DNA of 64,000 nt from assembly GCA_000002435.2 (NCBI GenBank), contig CM018793.1; one strand, written 5' to 3'. Of the stretch, positions 58,210 through 64,000 are shown in pieces. The notes beneath the pieces were generated by a model that was not told the origin of the DNA, searched no databases, and worked only from the letters and a program-made list of their open reading frames with translations. Origin of the DNA: Giardia intestinalis (taxonomy: Eukaryota). The stretch's first letter is position 1, and every line of letters starts with the position of its first letter. The translations under genes were made by a program, and so were the position numbers.

Positions 58210-59772
58210 CTAGTACGCTGGAAGGCTCCTAACCATTTGGACTTCGTGTTCATCAGTCCTTCTGCCTGTCCTCTGCAGCGCTTTAGTCACGTTGCAGCTG
58301 CGGAGCATGGTGCTGGATTTAGTTCCCTCTTTGAGTATTGGTGCTGTTGCCGTATTTTGTTGTCCTCCACTAAAGTCTCTAAGGGTGACCGCTGTGCTTC
58401 GAGCCGCGTTGAACTCGTTATAATATTCTCTGTCGTATGTCTCTGATGCATCTACCAGCCTGTCAACAACCTTACGCCAATGCCCTATGTTACTTGCTTC
58501 TTTACGGCCCACAGTGGGCTTTTCGTGTTCTAGCAAGGTTGCTCTAGATGGCCCCGGCAGGGTTTCGCAGAGCTCAGATGCTGTGCGGTACTTCTTCACT
58601 CCCACGACCTGACCTGCATGGGGCATGTGGGAGTCGTCTGCATAGAGCTCCACCTTTTTCTTATACACATGCTCACTTGGGCACGGCTGGTACTCGGGTA
58701 CTATGTGTGGATTGAGTTTAGTATAGGCAATGTACTTCTCGCGATCGTGCTCTAGTTCGTACTTTGTTTCGACAGAAGGGGCGTCTTTATGCGAAGGAAC
58801 ATAGGCAGTAGGGTCGGCCTTGGACATAGGGTTATCATAAGTTTCATCTCCTATGGACCTTTTAATTCCAAAGCCCTTCTTTTCAGCTCCCGAGTAGCTG
58901 TGACTGAGTCTTCTTCCGATGAAATCTGCCGAGTAGATCGGTGGCTGCTTGTTACCACTGATTGCTCCGCATAAAAATGCATAGTCTTTATCTCTAATTG
59001 ATGGATCATGCGGGTCTTTCCCATAATATCTTCTACACTTGTCGCTGAGTTTGTTGAAGCTGTACATGGCTTTCGCCCCCTCAATGTCAATACACGATTG
59101 AGTGTCCTTGGTGGTCTTTCGCAGCGAGCCGTACAGCCTCTCCCGTTTGATACGGTCGTTTTCCAAAATGTCATCGGCCTTGAGTGAAAGGTCTCCCCGT
59201 TCGACTACGTTTCGATTGAGCAGTTTTTCATTTGTTAGGGTGCACCCCGAAGCTACAGGTTGCTCTGCGTGCTTCCACTGATAAATGGGGTTGTTGGGGT
59301 TGAAGTCTGCCTGTCTGAACTCGTATGGTTTGGGGTCGTTAATGCTTACGTCTGAACTGAGCATCATGTAGTCGATTGTTCGGGGCCTGATCTCCTTGAC
59401 CTCTGTTCTCTGTTCTGCAATGTCGCTGACGTCTAGATTTGTGTTGCGGACCTTCTTAGTGTAAAGAGGCTTTGATTTGGCACCTTCAATGTCGGATATA
59501 TCTATCTGGTCCCGCAGAAAGCGCGGGGGCGTGACGGGCCTTTCTTCGACAGTCGGTAGCTTGTAATCCGGTTCCAGTGGGTCCACGCTTCGGTTTGTTC
59601 GAAAGTCCTTGGAATGCGGTTGCGCGCCTTCGATGTCATCTGTCTTCAGCGAGGAGAAAACCCGCGTGCCAGATTGCCGTATTACGGGAAGCTTTTCCGG
59701 GTAGCAACTGATGACCTTGTCTGCCCTTAGCTCCTTTGTGTGATAGTGCAGTGGTCCATCGCCAGGCTGCAT
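58210..59772 (-). CDS. Hypothetical protein (520 aa) with a thrice-repeated D-I-E-G-A-[QK] motif.
   Basis: ORF with ATG and an A-rich initiator (aaatttcaaaaATG). Motifs are DDIEGAQPHSKDF, ISDIEGAKSKPLY and CIDIEGAKAMYSF. No family assignment is possible from sequence alone. Confidence 0.55.
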   Translation of the reverse strand: MQPGDGPLHYHTKELRADKVISCYPEKLPVIRQSGTRVFSSLKTDDIEGAQPHSKDFRTNRSVDPLEPDYKLPTVEERPVTPPRFLRDQIDISDIEGAKSKPLYTKKVRNTNLDVSDIAEQRTEVKEIRPRTIDYMMLSSDVSINDPKPYEFRQADFNPNNPIYQWKHAEQPVASGCTLTNEKLLNRNVVERGDLSLKADDILENDRIKRERLYGSLRKTTKDTQSCIDIEGAKAMYSFNKLSDKCRRYYGKDPHDPSIRDKDYAFLCGAISGNKQPPIYSADFIGRRLSHSYSGAEKKGFGIKRSIGDETYDNPMSKADPTAYVPSHKDAPSVETKYELEHDREKYIAYTKLNPHIVPEYQPCPSEHVYKKKVELYADDSHMPHAGQVVGVKKYRTASELCETLPGPSRATLLEHEKPTVGRKEASNIGHWRKVVDRLVDASETYDREYYNEFNAARSTAVTLRDFSGGQQNTATAPILKEGTKSSTMLRSCNVTKALQRTGRRTDEHEVQMVRSLPAY

Positions 59773-59838
59773 TTTTGAAATTTACAAGGGTTAGAGATAA
59801 TGGCTTTGAAGAGTACGCGGGCCAAGGCATTAAGAATG

Positions 59839-62800
59839 CTAGTCCCGGACGAGCTTATAGCGCGAGGCTGCGGTCCTATTAGCCATTCGGCTAGCAGGTG
59901 CCCTTCTGTTTGATTCGTTGCCAAGCTGCTGATATGAAGCAGCCGCTACTGGGGGTGGCGTGGGTTCCTTCTGTACTGGTGGAGGTATCTCGTCGCCATT
60001 CTCGTCTAGTGTGACCCAGCACTCATAGACCTTGGAGTATGCCATTCGCCCCGTGGAATTAGCCTTTAGATCTACCACAGCTACGCCGTCGCCTTCCTGC
60101 TTTGACTTTGAGGGTTTAAAGAAGTTGAAAATCAATGGCTGAGGACGCTTATCCTTTGGCTGTTCTGGAATAGGTTCTTGGCAACCTTTCTCATTGCTGC
60201 TATCGGGGACTAGGACATTTTTTCTAAGAGGAGAAGGTAACGGAATCATTGTAGCGTTGAGGTCAGTTGGGTTGACAGGGGTTGTGACTTCCGAGACTGC
60301 AGGCGTATTGCATGTGTGTGATGATGCAGTGAACTTGGGAACAGTTATTGCTGAAACGTTCAGTGGCACTTGAGGTATGGTCAAGGCCTGGGTAGGTAGT
60401 TCCCTTGCCAGGGAACTTAAGGGATCTATTTGAATGATAGGGGGCGGGGACCTTCCGGATGGTACAACATCCTGGTCTGAACTAGTGCTATACTCGTCAG
60501 TAGACACATCCTGTTCAAAAATGGGGACCTCAGAAGTCTTCCCTCTGAAACCTGGAGGGATTGCTAGAGGAGGAGGAAGATGGGGAACCGTGGTATGCCT
60601 CTCTTCTGGGGTTATGAATGGAAATCCTGGTGGATTCTCCACTAACGTTGTCACGACAGGCTCAGTTGAGCCGGAATAAGTCTGCTCCGGATTCTGTATT
60701 ACGGATGTAGTAAATGCTGAGCCCTGTATTGACTGTGAATCCGAAGCAGATCCTTGATCTATGCTGCTGTTGGGTTCGTACTCTGCTCTGATCAAGGTTG
60801 TGGTGGGGATGGTGACGTTTTCGGTGTAGATCTGCACAGGAGCAGGAGTCAAGGATGAACGTGTCACAGTCTGGCCTCGATAGTTTTCGTGCTGTTGAAT
60901 TACACTCGGGTTGGTTACATTGGTCGATCCACTTGTTTCCGGATCTAGGAGAACCTTTTCGAGGGCACCTAGATCGTTATCCTCACTTTCAAAGCTATCG
61001 TTGTCAAACTCTGGATGGACGCCGAAGTCCAGCGAAGAGTCCTCTACCACCTTTTGGGGATCTTCACATGAGTCGCAGCTTTCAGAGATATCCCCCTGAA
61101 GCATAGTGCATCTTTGGAACTTTGATTTACCCCCTGTGCATCCTACAAATGCTTGGAAGAGAAATTCTGGCTCCTTTCCAAAGAGGTAATCTGTAGTGAG
61201 CCTACCTCTGTCAGTTAAGCTCGGCTCTGCTGATCTGTTGATAGTGCTCGCACCGTTTTCAGAGCACTCACGCTCATCGTGGCTGTCCTTGTCTGCGGCA
61301 GCCATATTCTTTTGCTTCTTTGCATTGTTGCTTTTTAACGTTGATCTCATGCACTGACGTCGAACAATCGGTACTTCATCGCCCAAGATGCTCGTATCGT
61401 GCAGGTTATCCCCAGAAGTTCTGTGTGGCGTGTAGTTGCTTGAAAAATCAGAAGTGAGGACACAATCTATATCAATGCCTTCGATCAGAACTTGAATCTC
61501 CTTCAGCAACGCGCGCTGAGTCGGACGCAAGGACGTTTCACACAGCAAGTCGTCTAGCCAATGATACGCTTCCTTTTGCAGATGATGTACGGATTCTATG
61601 GCCTCAGACGAGATGAGCATCAATTCCTTAATATACTTAGCAGAAATTGATGCCTTGCTTCTGAGTTCTTTCTTGTAATTGCTGGCGAGACGGAGAGTGT
61701 TAATAAATATATCCCCGCACTCAATAGGGGCAACAATAGCTGGATAATCGAACCCCAAGGGATAATCTAGGGTAGCGGTAGAGAGATCATTGATGGGCGT
61801 GGACTTGGAATCAGTTGGAAGACACGACGGCTTCATAAGCAGGGCGTCGCTGTCTGCGGCTACCGCATCCTTACGCGTCAAGTACTCACCTGAAAGATTA
61901 ACCCGTGAAATAACTTGCTCGATACTGCTATAGGCCATGGTGGTGTATAAAAGACCATACCTGGCTAGCGTATCATTGGTCCGGCTCTCTCTTCGCAAAA
62001 ACCCTGCAAACGCGAGCTTATATGGAAGGAGGTGGGGGAAGAACGGCAGAGTAAGGTCATATTTGTAGGAGTGGTGGAACCCGTGATTGGCCAATAGCAC
62101 CGGCTTTGTTGCCTGATAGAATAACTCGTGCGGGATATGCGTTGTACGAAAATGAATATATTCTAAAATCTCGTGAATTCTGAAAGTAAATAGATCAACG
62201 GACTGAATGTTCTTCGTAGGAAGTTTTTGCAAGAAGAGCTCTAGTTCAGTAGACACCTCTGATCGAATGTGCTTCCCCCCAATATTAATGGGTCCACTCA
62301 CATGGGGTTGAGATGTCTGCCCCTCCATTTGTCCAGACTCCGCAGGAAAAAGGTCTGTAAAGCAGAAACGACCATAACTATCATAGACAGGGGGGATTCC
62401 TAATAGAATACACAGAAGTGCACGAAGATAGCGATTCTCAGATGCTTCTTTAGAGTACACCAGAAGCGATACCAGGACATCGTTCCGCTCATCTTTGGTG
62501 AGAACATGAATATAGGAGAATGCTATTTTATGTAGAATGTCTCCTGCGGTAAATGTGGCGTACTGTCTTCTGATGCTAGATCCTGGCCCAGAATTTTGCA
62601 GCAAGGACACCAGAGATCCATCCCAATGAATTCGGGGTCCTCCCGCATCAGCGTAGAGCTCTCCTTGCTCCATCGTTGTCAGCATCTGTGGACGCTCCTT
62701 AAAGTCTGCGGTTGTAGTAGCATTTGTGGCTGAACTCGGATGTTGGTCATGACTGGTCTTAAAGTGTGATGATTTTGAGTCGCTACTGCTGCCTTGTACT

Positions 62801-63771
62801 GAGCTCCAACGCAAGTGCCGATTCTTAGTTGCATATGCGGAGTACAGAAGAGAAAGAGTGGGGTCAATAGACGAGTATACATGACCCTCAAATGCAGCCA
62901 AGGCAGAGCAAAGAACCTCAGCATTTCCAGATACTATGGCTAGGTACAGTGCGTGATCGTACATCTCGTGGTCTAAACACTGGTTAACCACTGTCTCCGG
63001 GGGTGACGAGAGCAGCTCCTGTCGAATGTCCTCCAAAGCTTTAGAGGCCCCCTTGGGCTTCTCTGGTAATGACGAGTAGCAGGGGCTCGACAAGGAAGCA
63101 AGAAGGTCCCTGCAAAACCGTGCCAAGTTGGTCCTGTTGTCATCCGTGTCAAATGTACAGTTACGTAGCTCTGGACATGCTGTAAGCAGCCGGAAGCGGA
63201 TAGCTTGTAGGATAAGTTGTTTATATGAGGGAAGATTCCTCTGGGATCCCGAAGACGCTGATAGTTCCTCTCCCAGTAGGCTGTCTAAATAACCGAGGAT
63301 TCTTGCAGCAGATGCAGAGGGCAGGATGGGAAACAGAGTAGGATCATCATCAAATCTTCTACTATAGTAGGGAACGTGCGCTGTCCTCTTTCCTTGGCCG
63401 GAGGCGTGAGTGGCCGGCTGCTTAGCGTCTTGTCTGACAGACTCTGTCAGGGAAACATGGGGAATCTCGATGGAAGACGTGAGATCCAATGGACTATTAG
63501 ACTTCTCATCTATATTACTGGCCTCAGTAACACCCGTTTGGGTGCCTTCCCTGGAGCCTATGGGCTTTGGTACAATAGTATCTCTGGTTAGTGTGATTCT
63601 GGATGGGGTAATACCCTTGCACGACTTAGCGCGACGCTCTGTAAGGAGCACAACGGAGCGTGTATCATAGATAACAGGAGATGCAGTTCCTAGAATGGGC
63701 TCGGCCGTGGGAGCCGCTAGTATCCCACCTTTATCCGAGTTCATAGCATCCTGTTGCGCAGCCATGTTCAT
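59839..63771 (-). CDS. Large hypothetical protein (~1311 aa). The C-terminal third is Ser/Thr/Pro-rich.
   Basis: The track start at 63867 is GTG, directly preceded by an in-frame TAG; the first ATG is at 63771. No recognisable domains. Confidence 0.5.
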   Translation of the reverse strand: MNMAAQQDAMNSDKGGILAAPTAEPILGTASPVIYDTRSVVLLTERRAKSCKGITPSRITLTRDTIVPKPIGSREGTQTGVTEASNIDEKSNSPLDLTSSIEIPHVSLTESVRQDAKQPATHASGQGKRTAHVPYYSRRFDDDPTLFPILPSASAARILGYLDSLLGEELSASSGSQRNLPSYKQLILQAIRFRLLTACPELRNCTFDTDDNRTNLARFCRDLLASLSSPCYSSLPEKPKGASKALEDIRQELLSSPPETVVNQCLDHEMYDHALYLAIVSGNAEVLCSALAAFEGHVYSSIDPTLSLLYSAYATKNRHLRWSSVQGSSSDSKSSHFKTSHDQHPSSATNATTTADFKERPQMLTTMEQGELYADAGGPRIHWDGSLVSLLQNSGPGSSIRRQYATFTAGDILHKIAFSYIHVLTKDERNDVLVSLLVYSKEASENRYLRALLCILLGIPPVYDSYGRFCFTDLFPAESGQMEGQTSQPHVSGPINIGGKHIRSEVSTELELFLQKLPTKNIQSVDLFTFRIHEILEYIHFRTTHIPHELFYQATKPVLLANHGFHHSYKYDLTLPFFPHLLPYKLAFAGFLRRESRTNDTLARYGLLYTTMAYSSIEQVISRVNLSGEYLTRKDAVAADSDALLMKPSCLPTDSKSTPINDLSTATLDYPLGFDYPAIVAPIECGDIFINTLRLASNYKKELRSKASISAKYIKELMLISSEAIESVHHLQKEAYHWLDDLLCETSLRPTQRALLKEIQVLIEGIDIDCVLTSDFSSNYTPHRTSGDNLHDTSILGDEVPIVRRQCMRSTLKSNNAKKQKNMAAADKDSHDERECSENGASTINRSAEPSLTDRGRLTTDYLFGKEPEFLFQAFVGCTGGKSKFQRCTMLQGDISESCDSCEDPQKVVEDSSLDFGVHPEFDNDSFESEDNDLGALEKVLLDPETSGSTNVTNPSVIQQHENYRGQTVTRSSLTPAPVQIYTENVTIPTTTLIRAEYEPNSSIDQGSASDSQSIQGSAFTTSVIQNPEQTYSGSTEPVVTTLVENPPGFPFITPEERHTTVPHLPPPLAIPPGFRGKTSEVPIFEQDVSTDEYSTSSDQDVVPSGRSPPPIIQIDPLSSLARELPTQALTIPQVPLNVSAITVPKFTASSHTCNTPAVSEVTTPVNPTDLNATMIPLPSPLRKNVLVPDSSNEKGCQEPIPEQPKDKRPQPLIFNFFKPSKSKQEGDGVAVVDLKANSTGRMAYSKVYECWVTLDENGDEIPPPVQKEPTPPPVAAASYQQLGNESNRRAPASRMANRTAASRYKLVRD

Positions 63772-64000
63772 TGGCTTTTCAGCCTTGCTAACTTCGTAGT
63801 AAGCCGTGCTAGCGGTCTTCTCGCCCTCAGAAAGTTCAGAGACGGTCGGAGCGGACTCCCTCTCCACACTCTTCTCTGAACTATCTTTTACGGTAGTAAG
63901 AGTGACTCCAGCACCGGTGCCAAGCTCAGCATTGCAAGGATCCAGAAGTAGCTGAGTAGAGTCACAGAGTTCGGTTATCCCGCCGCGAAGGAGGGAGGCA

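Noticed and set aside
1-64000. Possibility of a prokaryotic accessory or defence island (operons, Shine-Dalgarno sites, restriction-modification, toxin-antitoxin, CRISPR-Cas).
   Set aside because: The gene content is unmistakably eukaryotic and Giardia-like: ankyrin 21.1 proteins, a NEK kinase, a VSP-like cysteine-rich protein, RPA2, Sec23/24 and PFOR with A-rich initiators and AGTRAAY poly(A) motifs. No SD sequences, no operon-like co-directional short genes and no recognisable defence-protein motifs were seen.

Overview
This window reads as eukaryotic nuclear DNA, most likely from the diplomonad Giardia intestinalis (inference from content; no database search was possible). Evidence: about 49% GC; intron-less ORFs packed 10–150 bp apart; A/T-rich initiator sequence directly abutting the ATGs; AGTRAAY-type polyadenylation motifs at or next to stop codons; and a typical Giardia gene repertoire: pyruvate:ferredoxin oxidoreductase, a NEK kinase with ankyrin repeats, 'Protein 21.1'-type ankyrin-repeat proteins, and a cysteine-rich VSP-like high-cysteine membrane protein carrying GGCY/CxxC motifs. 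Other recognisable genes are an RNA polymerase I second-largest subunit (RPA2-like), a Sec23/Sec24-family COPII protein, an LMBR1-like multipass membrane protein, a TPR protein, a CAMK-like pseudokinase, a divergent E2F/DP-like winged-helix protein, and several large hypothetical proteins. No rRNA, tRNA, CRISPR array, transposon or prokaryotic defence system could be supported. The ORF track accepts GTG/TTG as start codons. Several annotated first 'M' residues are GTG or TTG, so I moved those starts to the first in-frame ATG. The most interesting structure is a head-to-tail array of five paralogous 21.1-type ankyrin genes (49.6–58.2 kb) whose last member is split in two. A 39-bp, roughly 14-copy, near-perfect in-frame tandem repeat sits inside another ankyrin gene. 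Beyond these there are a kinase with a lost catalytic aspartate, two overlapping low-complexity ORFs that may be one frameshifted gene, and two unusually long non-coding spacers for this compact genome.
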